Made by a program: the position numbers and the translations under genes. From assembly GCA_964503955.1 (NCBI GenBank), contig CAZDCG010000002.1:205047-269046 (forward strand): a DNA stretch of 64,000 bases, read 5' to 3'. The notes beneath the pieces are model-generated. The model ran no database searches and was not told the DNA's origin. It was given only the letters and a program-made list of their open reading frames with translations. The DNA is from an uncultured Gammaproteobacteria bacterium. Its GTDB lineage: Bacteria > Patescibacteriota > Patescibacteriia > VMEV01 > CAYQCH01. Shown here piece by piece: positions 8,813 through 17,837 of this stretch (its first letter is position 1; each line of letters begins with the position of its first letter).

Positions 8813-10603
8813 ATGCTCAAGCGATCGTTAAACAAAACACAGCTTTTCGCCAAAATATACACGACTCGGTTGGCTGGTGCTGTGCGTAATTATTTTTCTG
8901 AAGAGCATTTTGACCGCATGTACGCTCTTATCCTCGTTCTCTGCGCGATATCGCTTTTGATCATTGCCCGTTTGTTTACGCTACAGGTGGTTGACCATCC
9001 TTTTTACGCGGCTCTTGCTTCCGATCAGCATGAGATCCAGGCTATTTTACAGGCAAAGCGGGGAGATATCCTGATGCGGGACGCGCAGTCCGATCAGTTG
9101 ATCCCTGTGGCAACGGACAAAGCCTATGTGCAATTGTATTCCGTCCCAAAGCAGATTACGGATCCTGAAAAAACGGCTGAACAGCTTGCTCCTTATGTGA
9201 AACTGACAAAGGAACGGATGATTGAGCTCTTTTCAAAAAAGGATGACCCGTACGAGCCAATTGAGAAAAAGGTCAGCAAAGAGCGTTTTGAGAAGATTAA
9301 GGAATTGAATCTGGCGGGGATTCATGCCGTAGAGGAGATGCATCGCTATTATGTTGATGACAATATCAGCAGCCATGTCATCGGCTTTTTGGGGATGAAA
9401 GATGAAGAACCAACCGGTTTTTACGGCATTGAAGGATATTTCAATAATATCCTCTCCGGTATTCCTGGGTTTTTCTCAAGCGAAAAAGACGTGGCCGGGC
9501 GCTGGATTGTCCTTTCGAACAAAGATGTTATTCAGGCGCAGGATGGAGCGAATATCGTCTTGACCATGGATCATACCGCTCAATATGTCGTTTGTCAGAA
9601 GCTGAACGAAGCGGTTGAGCGGCATGGAGCCGCAGGGGGCGCCGCCATCGTTCTTGAACCGGAAACAGGAAAGATTCTCAGCATGTGTTCTGCCCCGGAT
9701 TTCAACCTGAATTACTACTACGACGTTGAAAGTGCGGCCGTTTACAATAACAAAGCGATTTTTGAAGCCTATGAGCCCGGTTCGGTCTTTAAACCGATTG
9801 TGATGGCGGCGGCGGTGGATTTGGAGTATGTTACTCCCGACACCACCTATGTTGATCCCGGGGCGGTAGAAATCGACGATTTTACCATTCGCAATGCGGA
9901 TGACAAGGTGTATGGCGAGCAGACCATGGTCGGCGTTCTGGAAAATTCCATCAATACGGGAATGATCCATGTAGCCAGGCTGATCGGCCAGGAGCGCTTT
10001 CGCGGTTATCTGGAACGATTCGGATTCGGGGAGCCAACCGGCATCGAATTGCAGACGGAGGTGGCGGGGAATATCAAACCCATTTATAGTCGCGCGGAGA
10101 TTTATCAGGCAACAGCTTCATTCGGCCAGGGGATCACGGTAACGCCTTTGCAGATGGCAGCCGCTTATGGGGCGATCGCCAACGGAGGCAAGCTGATGAA
10201 GCCGTATATTGTCGAAGAAATCCGCCATGCGGACGGGAAAGTTGAAAAACGTTCTCCGCAGCAGGTGCGGCAGGTGCTTTCAACCAGGGCATCGGTGCTG
10301 ATGACCGGCATGCTGACCTCGGTCGTGACGAATGGCCATGCGGGGCTTGCCGATGTTGATGGATACTATGTTGCGGGTAAAACAGGAACCGCCCAGATCG
10401 CGGGACCGGGAGGAAAATACCTTGAAGACGCAACAAATCATTCCTTTGTGGGCTTTGCACCGGCTGATGATCCAAAATTCGTCATCTTCATCCGGCTTGA
10501 AAAGCCGACAAGCGCCCCTTATTCCGCATCAACCGCAGCTCCGCTCTTTTCCGATATCGCGGAATTTCTTCTGAATTATTACGCCATTACTCCTGATTAT
10601 TGA
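8813..10603 (+). CDS. ftsI: Class B penicillin-binding protein (FtsI/PBP3-like)
   Basis: KRGDI, YEPGSVFK (SxxK), SIN (SxN), GKTGTAQ (KTG), FGQG; dcw context. Confidence 0.88.
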   Translation: MLKRSLNKTQLFAKIYTTRLAGAVRNYFSEEHFDRMYALILVLCAISLLIIARLFTLQVVDHPFYAALASDQHEIQAILQAKRGDILMRDAQSDQLIPVATDKAYVQLYSVPKQITDPEKTAEQLAPYVKLTKERMIELFSKKDDPYEPIEKKVSKERFEKIKELNLAGIHAVEEMHRYYVDDNISSHVIGFLGMKDEEPTGFYGIEGYFNNILSGIPGFFSSEKDVAGRWIVLSNKDVIQAQDGANIVLTMDHTAQYVVCQKLNEAVERHGAAGGAAIVLEPETGKILSMCSAPDFNLNYYYDVESAAVYNNKAIFEAYEPGSVFKPIVMAAAVDLEYVTPDTTYVDPGAVEIDDFTIRNADDKVYGEQTMVGVLENSINTGMIHVARLIGQERFRGYLERFGFGEPTGIELQTEVAGNIKPIYSRAEIYQATASFGQGITVTPLQMAAAYGAIANGGKLMKPYIVEEIRHADGKVEKRSPQQVRQVLSTRASVLMTGMLTSVVTNGHAGLADVDGYYVAGKTGTAQIAGPGGKYLEDATNHSFVGFAPADDPKFVIFIRLEKPTSAPYSASTAAPLFSDIAEFLLNYYAITPDY

Positions 10604-11823
10604 CGCTTATGATTGCAAAACGACTTATAGCAAAACAGCAGCCGAAACTTGTTCTTGTTTGCGGGAGTCTTGGTAAAACCTTATTTGCCAAAATCTCCGA
10701 ACAGGTTCTCACAAAGCTTGATCTTTCCGTGGCCTATGCGGAAGTGCAGACCAATCTTCGGTCCGTTGTGGCAGATGTCCACGGAGGAAAATTGAGGGCG
10801 CTCTTCGCTTCCATGGGTTTTGGGCGTTCTTTTGATCTACATCTCTTTGAGTTTCACCCTGATTCTGAAGCACGCAGAGAGCTGCTCGACAGTTATGAGC
10901 GGCGTTATCTGGTCATACCATACATTACGAGGGATGATATTGCCGCGGCAGGCGGTTTGGATAAGTACTTGCAGAGAAATTGCTATTTGAACAAAAAGCG
11001 CGCTAAGGAAACAACGATCATCTTCAATGCGGATATTACCGGGTTAGAGGAGGCTTTGCGCGAAATGGGTGGAGAACGCCTGCATGGTTTCAGTCTTGGT
11101 GATCAGGACGCTGAGCTGACGGCGGTTTCGCCTGAATTCAAGCTTCCTGAAGACGCGGCGATCACCAACGATCATCGCATTCAGGGGATATTGTTCAAAG
11201 CAAAGAATGGCGGAAGCACATTGCCTATGCGCGTTCTGGGTGGGATCGGCGATGCCTATATCTGCGCGCATCTTGCTGTCCTTGAGCTGCTTCGTCTGCT
11301 TGAATTAAATCAGATTGACGGGCTTGCCATTCTCAAAGAAATGCGGGCACTGCCCGGCCGTGCCAAGCTTATTGCCGGCATCAAGAAAACGCTGCTGGTG
11401 GATGATTCCTATGATATGGAAGTGGAAAGCGCGCTTTCGATCTTTGCGGCAGGCGGCACCGTTCCTTTGCAGAAAGGGCATCGCCGCATTGCGGTGGTAG
11501 GCGATTTGCTGCATCAGGGAGAGCAAACAAGCGAGCAACATTTCAGCATTGGCGAACGGCTCGCAAAAGCAGGATATGACGCTGTTGTGGGCATTGGCGA
11601 ACGCGTGCTTGAAACATTGCAAAGCGCGATTGAAAATGGAATGAATGAACAGGCGGTTTTCCATTTCACCGATCCGCATGAAGCGGGGAAATTTATTCAG
11701 CATGAACTCAAACAGGGCGATCTGGTGGTGGTAAAAGGTGCCAAAGAGCAAAAGCTTGAGTCTATTGTCAAAGAGTTGATGGCCTTCCCTTTGCAGGCGA
11801 AAGATGATTTGCTCGTCAGATAA
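10600..11823 (+). CDS. Divergent MurF-like Mur ligase
   Basis: GSLGKT P-loop, LPGR...LVDDSY, RIAVVGDL..GE....H, GDLVVVKG; several conserved residues altered. Confidence 0.7.
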   Translation: MTLMIAKRLIAKQQPKLVLVCGSLGKTLFAKISEQVLTKLDLSVAYAEVQTNLRSVVADVHGGKLRALFASMGFGRSFDLHLFEFHPDSEARRELLDSYERRYLVIPYITRDDIAAAGGLDKYLQRNCYLNKKRAKETTIIFNADITGLEEALREMGGERLHGFSLGDQDAELTAVSPEFKLPEDAAITNDHRIQGILFKAKNGGSTLPMRVLGGIGDAYICAHLAVLELLRLLELNQIDGLAILKEMRALPGRAKLIAGIKKTLLVDDSYDMEVESALSIFAAGGTVPLQKGHRRIAVVGDLLHQGEQTSEQHFSIGERLAKAGYDAVVGIGERVLETLQSAIENGMNEQAVFHFTDPHEAGKFIQHELKQGDLVVVKGAKEQKLESIVKELMAFPLQAKDDLLVR

Positions 11824-11848
11824 GTCTGATACAAACTTCTATAACGCT

Positions 11849-11886
11849 AAAGCCCCCTGCAAACCTCTCGGTCCGTAGGGGGCTTT
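11849..11886. terminator. Hairpin between convergent genes
   Basis: AAAGCCCCCTGC...GTAGGGGGCTTT. Confidence 0.55.
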
Positions 11887-11911
11887 CGCTTTGCAGCTCT
11901 CGGCTTGGGAG

Positions 11912-12271
11912 CTAGGCGGCCTGCTTGAGCAGGTCCTTGATGAAGGGCTTCCGCTTGATCTCGTTCTGGCGGGACCACTCGCGGCCGAGCCGGTTGAGGG
12001 CGCGGGCGCAGATCGCGTCGAGCTTGCGGAGGCGCTCGTCCGTGACCTCGTCGGTGCGCCACTTCTTCTTGCGGCAGAGCGCGCGCCACACGATGCCGAT
12101 GAAGTAGTCGGCGGGGTGGATGAAGGGCGACCGGTTGGCCCTGCCCCTGCGAAGGAGCTCCTTGAGCCCCCTCTGCGCGTCCGTCGAGCTCTTGTAGTAG
12201 ATGTCGTAGGTCTCGGGGAACCCCTCGTTGCTCAAGGTGAAGGTTCGAGGGGCGGGGGACGTCGTCATCAT
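11912..12271 (-). CDS. Small basic GC-rich hypothetical protein
   Basis: Strong SD AAGGAAGGTGA, promoter TTGACT-17-TATATT (12335-12307), GC-rich third codon positions, downstream hairpin. Confidence 0.65.
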   Translation of the reverse strand: MMTTSPAPRTFTLSNEGFPETYDIYYKSSTDAQRGLKELLRRGRANRSPFIHPADYFIGIVWRALCRKKKWRTDEVTDERLRKLDAICARALNRLGREWSRQNEIKRKPFIKDLLKQAA

Positions 12272-12476
12272 GAAAGATCACCTTCCTTCCGCAAAGCGGA
12301 TTTATCAATATACTGAACGTTGAGAAAAGAGTCAACTGCACAGCTTTTTTGTCGTAAATTTTTGACAACAAAGCTCTGAAAAACAGGCATGGTTTTAGCT
12401 GTTTTGACAGAAATGCTCAAATAACTGGATTGCTACCTTTGCATGCTAAAATTGTCATAGCCCTAATCCAACTCCT

Positions 12477-13478
12477 ATGGCCAAACATGTTTCAATGGTT
12501 TTGACATTAATCCTGGCGGCTTGCCTGATACAACCGGTATCCGCGCAAAGCGAGCTGGTCCTTGATATCGTATTTCCGGTAGACGGTCCGCACAGTTTTC
12601 AAAATGACTTTGATCATCCCCGCGCGGGGCATACGCATGAAGCCACGGATATTCTGGCTGAAAAAATGACGAAGGTTCTCGCCGCGCAGGCAGGGTGCAT
12701 CAGCTATATGCCGATTCCCGAACCTTCATGGGGGTATGCCATCTATATCCGCGGCGTGGACGGCTACTCATATGCGTATTTGCATCTCAATAACGATACG
12801 CCTGGAACGGACGATGGGAGCGGAGGTCCTGAAAACGCGTATGCTCCCGGACTTTCTCGCGGGGACTGCGTGGAGAAGGGGCAGCATATCGGCTGGGTAG
12901 GAGACAGCGGCAATGCCGAAAGTATTGCGTCGCATTTGCATTTTGAAATCGAGGATGAAGAAGGCAACCGCGTCAATCCTTATTTCAGTCTGCTCAATGC
13001 CGTGGGCGCGGCAAGCTACAATCCAGAAGTGGAAAGGGAATTGAGCCAGACCATCAATATGGATTTGCAAATCACGCAAGCGCCGGGACTTACGCATTGC
13101 CAGTCAAATACGTTGATTAAATCGCTTTCCTCCGATTCGGTCTATTATTGCGGAGCGGATGGACGCCGCTATGTATTCCCCAACCAGGCGATCTATTTCA
13201 GCTGGTATAAAAACTTCGACGAGGTGATCACAATCAGCGATGAGCAGCTCGCGGCTATTCCGCTTGGTAAAAATGTGACGTATAAGCCCGGCGTGCGTCT
13301 GGTCAAAATCCAGACCGATCCGAAGGTGTACGCAGTCGGCCATGGGGGATTATTGCGCTGGGTAACTTCTCCGGAAACGGCAGAAAACCTGTATGGGGCA
13401 AATTGGGCAAAGCAGGTGGATGATATTCCCGAAGTATTTTTCCTGGACTACCAGATCGGTGATCCTGTGAATTTTTAG
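12477..13478 (+). CDS. Secreted M23-family metallopeptidase with C-terminal CPR-type repeat domain
   Basis: Signal peptide; HEATD, YLHLN, HLHFE M23 motifs; TLIK..SDSVYY...GRRYVFPN repeat domain. Confidence 0.85.
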   Translation: MAKHVSMVLTLILAACLIQPVSAQSELVLDIVFPVDGPHSFQNDFDHPRAGHTHEATDILAEKMTKVLAAQAGCISYMPIPEPSWGYAIYIRGVDGYSYAYLHLNNDTPGTDDGSGGPENAYAPGLSRGDCVEKGQHIGWVGDSGNAESIASHLHFEIEDEEGNRVNPYFSLLNAVGAASYNPEVERELSQTINMDLQITQAPGLTHCQSNTLIKSLSSDSVYYCGADGRRYVFPNQAIYFSWYKNFDEVITISDEQLAAIPLGKNVTYKPGVRLVKIQTDPKVYAVGHGGLLRWVTSPETAENLYGANWAKQVDDIPEVFFLDYQIGDPVNF

Positions 13479-13592
13479 GCAGGGCCTTAAAAACAAGAAC
13501 GCACCGCAGGGACCGCTTGCCCGCCTCTGGAGGGGGATACGGTCGCCTTGCGGTGCGTGTGGCGGGGGAAGCTGTGAGGCATCCCCGCGCTT

Positions 13593-14126
13593 CTAGTCGA
13601 GATGGCTCAGGCTTTGCCAGCCGGCAAAGGTCGATCTCATCTCGAACGGCTCAAACCAGCTCGGCTCATGACTCCATACCGGAACCATCTTCGAGCCGTA
13701 GTTGATGGCCTGGCCGGTGCCGAGTGTGAGCCGCGGGTGGATTCCGGAGATCTCCTCCTGAATGCTCTCGTAGGCATCCTGGCGAGACTCAAGCTCAGCC
13801 AGCTGCCGGCTGAAGAATTCGCCGGTGCCCTGCGGATCGCAGAAGAACTCCTCGATGAGGAATTCCCTCCACGCGTACTTCGCGAAGATGGCGGTCACAC
13901 CGGACGTGTACAGCTGATCCTCGACACCAAGTGCGTAGATCGCGCTTCGGTAGTCGTGGATCGTGCTTCCGCCTTGGCGGTGAGAACGAAGGATCAGGAT
14001 GCCTTCCTTGTAGTGGATGTCGAGTTCCTCGCTCCGGTGGAATTTCCGGCTCAGGAGCTCTTCGTCGAGAAGCACCTCGCACTTGATGGCGAGAATGTTC
14101 ATGTTCTTCTGCAAGATACCTCCCAT
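13593..14126 (-). CDS. GC-rich hypothetical protein (start uncertain, possibly 14102)
   Basis: GC-rich third codon positions, GGAGGT near start, promoter TTGACA-17-TACATT at 14266-14238. Confidence 0.5.
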   Translation of the reverse strand: MGGILQKNMNILAIKCEVLLDEELLSRKFHRSEELDIHYKEGILILRSHRQGGSTIHDYRSAIYALGVEDQLYTSGVTAIFAKYAWREFLIEEFFCDPQGTGEFFSRQLAELESRQDAYESIQEEISGIHPRLTLGTGQAINYGSKMVPVWSHEPSWFEPFEMRSTFAGWQSLSHLD

Positions 14127-14457
14127 TGCTTAAGAGGGATTCACCCACACCGCTCCTCTCAAGCTTGTTGAAAAGAATGGTGAGGGGGGAGGCAGCACCT
14201 CTGATAACCATGATTTTCCACTTCGGATAACCACGCTAATGTATCACGAAAACGAGCTTTTGTCAAGGAAAATGGCAATTTTTCTTGAAAAATAGTCAAG
14301 ATTGTGGTTTACTCTCTTTGCGTAGCACCCGCTGCGCTTTGTTTTATGAAGACCACCCCCTGGCCCCCTCCTTATCAAGGAGTGGGAAGTAAGACCGCCA
14401 GCATTTGTCTGAGAGTCTGGTAAATCTGAAAAGTCTGAAAGGTCTTCGCGACAGCGA

Positions 14458-14532
14458 GGCCCCATCGTCTAGCGGCTAGGACGCCAGGTTCTCATCCTGG
14501 AAACCGGGGTTCGATTCCCCGTGGGGTCACCA
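14458..14532 (+). tRNA. tRNA-Glu (CTC)
   Basis: GGCCCCA...CCAGG-TT-CTC-AT-CCTGG anticodon arm, GGTTCGATTCC T-arm, encoded CCA. Confidence 0.96.
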
Positions 14533-14603
14533 AAAAGAAACTAGTTCGAGCACTCGAGAAGGGTCGGTGCCGAATCCAAAAAGGACTACGAAAGTAGTTT
14601 CTT

Positions 14604-14639
14604 TTTGTTGTAGTAAAATACAACAAAGCTTGCTATACT
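14604..14639 (+). promoter_or_regulatory. Palindromic operator and extended -10 promoter of the C-protein operon
   Basis: TTTGTTGTA-N6-TACAACAAA (14604-27); TGcTATACT (14631-39) ending 8 nt before ATG 14648. Confidence 0.6.
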
Positions 14640-14647
14640 GTTTTCAT

Positions 14648-14860
14648 ATGACTATGCAACAAGATGCCCAAAAATTAGGGGAAAATCTTAAAAGAATACG
14701 GTCAGAGAAAAACATCACACAGAGCAAGCTTGCGGAAATTTTAGATGTCGATCGATCTTTTGTTAGCAATATTGAAAATGGGAAAACTAACCCGACACTC
14801 TCAACTATTACTAAACTTGCAAAGGCGCTTGACGTGCAAATTGAGAAATTGATCAAATAA
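14648..14860 (+). CDS. XRE-family HTH regulator (RM controller C-protein-like)
   Basis: LGENLKRIR..ITQSKLAE..VDRSFVSNIENGKTNPTLSTITKLAKAL; directly upstream of a DNA methyltransferase. Confidence 0.88.
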   Translation: MTMQQDAQKLGENLKRIRSEKNITQSKLAEILDVDRSFVSNIENGKTNPTLSTITKLAKALDVQIEKLIK

Positions 14861-14863
14861 CAC

Positions 14864-15847
14864 ATGAAGAAGATTTTATATCAAACAAGTTTAGGAAAAT
14901 ACGTTTTGGGTGATTCCAAAGCTCTTATTGAGAAAGGTGAACTGGATCAATACAAAAATAAGATCCAGCTAGTTTTATTTTCTCCGCCATTTCCTTTGAA
15001 TGCCAAGAAGAAGTATGGGAATAAACTCGGAAAGGAATATAAAAAGTGGTTGTCTGATCTTGCACCTCTATTTGCGAAGTTATTGAAAAAGGACGGTTCT
15101 ATCGTTGTAGAGATGGGAAATGCATGGGAACCTAAGCGTCCAATACAGGCACTACTATCCCTTGAGTCATTGATGGCTTTCGTGAGTAATCCTAAAGCTG
15201 ACCTGCGTTTATGTCAGGAGTTCATTTGCTACAACCCCTCACGCCTCCCGTCGCCAGCTCAATGGGTTACAGTCAATCGGATACGCACGATCGATAGCTA
15301 CACACATGTATGGTGGATGGCAAAATCAGACTTTCCTAAGGCAGACAATCGTCGAGTTCTCAGACCGTACAGCAAGAGCATGCTCCAGCTTCTCAAGCGC
15401 AAGAGTTATAACTCCGGCAAGAGACCATCGCAACACAGCATCAGCGAGAAAGGTTTTCTTACGAATAACAAAGGGAGCATCATGCACAATGTCCTCGAGC
15501 TTGAACAGATGGACGAAGAGAGGGACTTGCGCCTCCCGACAAATATGTTTAGTTTTGCAAACACAAATTCCAATGATTTTTTCTCAACGCAATGCCGTAA
15601 GAAAAACATACCCATACACCCGGCACGAATGCCGACGTCACTTGCAAACTTTTTTATTGAATTTCTGACCGAACCCGGCGACATAGTCTTTGATCCATTT
15701 GCCGGGACAAATACCACCGGCTATTGTGCAGAAAAGTTAAAAAGAAAATGGCTGTCAGTGGAGATCGACAAAGATTATGGTAAGCAGTCGATCATCAGGT
15801 TCAAAGAACCAAAACTTACCAAGAAATTAACTATTAAGAAGATATGA
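14864..15847 (+). CDS. Beta-class DNA amino-methyltransferase, probably N4-cytosine (M.PvuII-like)
   Basis: Catalytic SPPF near the N-terminus, HPARMP, SAM-binding DPFAGTNTTG near the C-terminus. Confidence 0.9.
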   Translation: MKKILYQTSLGKYVLGDSKALIEKGELDQYKNKIQLVLFSPPFPLNAKKKYGNKLGKEYKKWLSDLAPLFAKLLKKDGSIVVEMGNAWEPKRPIQALLSLESLMAFVSNPKADLRLCQEFICYNPSRLPSPAQWVTVNRIRTIDSYTHVWWMAKSDFPKADNRRVLRPYSKSMLQLLKRKSYNSGKRPSQHSISEKGFLTNNKGSIMHNVLELEQMDEERDLRLPTNMFSFANTNSNDFFSTQCRKKNIPIHPARMPTSLANFFIEFLTEPGDIVFDPFAGTNTTGYCAEKLKRKWLSVEIDKDYGKQSIIRFKEPKLTKKLTIKKI

Positions 15848-17832
15848 GCACAAAATCAGTCATCAAGAATCTAGCTTCCGTTGACATCCTTACTGCGGCA
15901 AAAGACCCCGGTGCTCTTATTGGACGTCCTTTCTATTTGGACTACGAAAAAGCATGCGTCCTTGTACCGGACGCTTGGAAAATGAAAGTCGGTGGGATAC
16001 CGCAAGGTGCATTCCTACTTGCTTTTTATGAGAACGATGAGGGTATCTCTGAAGCTCTGCTTTTGCGAGCACTTGGACCCAAAGGTTTACCTACTGACAG
16101 CGACGTGACTAGTTCAATGATCGAATACTACAAAGACAATCTTAAAACAGCAGACGTTAAAGGTAGCCAGCTTGATGACTTTACTCGTTACCACTTCAGC
16201 TTCTCAGGATTGGAGTGTCGCATCCTTGGGACCTTCTACAAAGATAAGTCTGGGACTGTAGTTTTTGGTGCAGATCTCGAAAACTTCTATAGTGCTCATA
16301 ATTACACTGTCTACAAGCCGTCGGGCAAAGTTCTAGAACAAATTGTGAACTATAAGGACTTGAACGAAGTAGCAGGAGGTGTGAGTGATGTGAAGATCGG
16401 GAATGTTCGATACAGTTCAAGTTTACGTTTTCAGGACGATATCGAAAAGGTACCCGTTTACATCAGCCCTAAAGACTTTATCGGCAAGCGAACCGCTCTC
16501 TTCGGTATGACTCGTACAGGTAAGTCGAACACGGTAAAGAAAATCATTGAAGCAACGGTTGAAATCAGCCAAAAAGCAAAGAGGAAAAATGGCACAGATG
16601 CGAGCACCGAACCTTTTACGAAGTCTGGCTTGACCAAAGAATCAATAGGCCAAATCATCTTCGACATCAACGGAGAATATGCAAATGCAAACCTACAGGA
16701 CGATGGTACGGCGATCTTCGAGATGTATAAAGACGATGTTGTTCGTTACAGCTTACTAGAAAAGCCAGGATTCAAGGTCATGAAGACAAACTTTTTTGAC
16801 GACATTGATGCTGGCTTTGAGTTGCTGTGCTCGCTGTTAGCTATGGACGACGCACGTTTCGTTTCTAACTTTCGCTCCATCGAGCTGACCGTTCCACAAG
16901 AACTGGAAGACGATCCGAGCTTTAAGGTAAGGCATGCGCGACGAGTTGCGGCGTACAAGTGTTGTTTGCACCAAGCTGGCTTTAAGCATAAGGACACAAC
17001 TATCAAATTCTCCGGAGAAGCGACTCTCAATGCTTTAGCAAGTGGAATTGACCCATCAAAGGGAATCTCATACGATCAAGCTGTGAACTGGTTCACAGCA
17101 GTGTGGGAGGCCACCGGAGAGAATGACTTTTTCGAGAATTATAAAAAGAAACATGAGGGTCGAGAATGGGCCGATGAAGACCTTAAAGCCCTGCTCGTGA
17201 TGCTCACACGCAAGCGTAGTCCCGGCTCTGGTAAAGGCGCAGACTGTAGCGGATTTAGGGTGTTTAAGCCTGCACTGAATTTGCATACAGAAAGTGTCGA
17301 CAAGCCCTACGCAATTGAAATTCTAGAGACCTTGAGGCAAGGTAAAATTGTGATCGCTGATCTATCGCAGGGTAATCCAGAAATAATTCAGCTCTACTCG
17401 GAGAAAATCTGCCAGAGAATATTTGCTGATGCGATGAATAATTTCATTGCAGCAAAAAGCAATAATTTTATTCAGATGTACTTCGAAGAAGCTCACAATC
17501 TTTTCCCAAAGCAGACAGATAAAGATCTCAGTAAAATATATAACCGCTTGGCAAAAGAGGGGGCAAAACTTCATCTCGGTATCGTCTACGCTACACAAGA
17601 AGTTAGTTCTATCAGCTCCAACATCCTCAAAAACACCCAGAATTGGTTTATTGCTCACCTTAACAACGAGGATGAGTTAAAGGAACTCAAAAAGTATTAC
17701 GACTTTACTGACTTCACTACCGGGCTTACCCGATTCAGCCCCAACACAGACAAGGGTTTTGTTCGTATGAAAACATACTCTAATCCGTTTGTAGTACCTG
17801 TTCAGATCGACCGATTTACAGCGAAGAAATAG
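15844..17832 (+). CDS. HerA/FtsK-family ATPase (DUF87)
   Basis: N-terminal HAS-barrel-like region, Walker A GMTRTGKS, IFDINGEY, Walker B YFEEAHN, KEGAK, ATQ. Confidence 0.88.
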   Translation: MSTKSVIKNLASVDILTAAKDPGALIGRPFYLDYEKACVLVPDAWKMKVGGIPQGAFLLAFYENDEGISEALLLRALGPKGLPTDSDVTSSMIEYYKDNLKTADVKGSQLDDFTRYHFSFSGLECRILGTFYKDKSGTVVFGADLENFYSAHNYTVYKPSGKVLEQIVNYKDLNEVAGGVSDVKIGNVRYSSSLRFQDDIEKVPVYISPKDFIGKRTALFGMTRTGKSNTVKKIIEATVEISQKAKRKNGTDASTEPFTKSGLTKESIGQIIFDINGEYANANLQDDGTAIFEMYKDDVVRYSLLEKPGFKVMKTNFFDDIDAGFELLCSLLAMDDARFVSNFRSIELTVPQELEDDPSFKVRHARRVAAYKCCLHQAGFKHKDTTIKFSGEATLNALASGIDPSKGISYDQAVNWFTAVWEATGENDFFENYKKKHEGREWADEDLKALLVMLTRKRSPGSGKGADCSGFRVFKPALNLHTESVDKPYAIEILETLRQGKIVIADLSQGNPEIIQLYSEKICQRIFADAMNNFIAAKSNNFIQMYFEEAHNLFPKQTDKDLSKIYNRLAKEGAKLHLGIVYATQEVSSISSNILKNTQNWFIAHLNNEDELKELKKYYDFTDFTTGLTRFSPNTDKGFVRMKTYSNPFVVPVQIDRFTAKK

Positions 17833-17837
17833 CCGCT

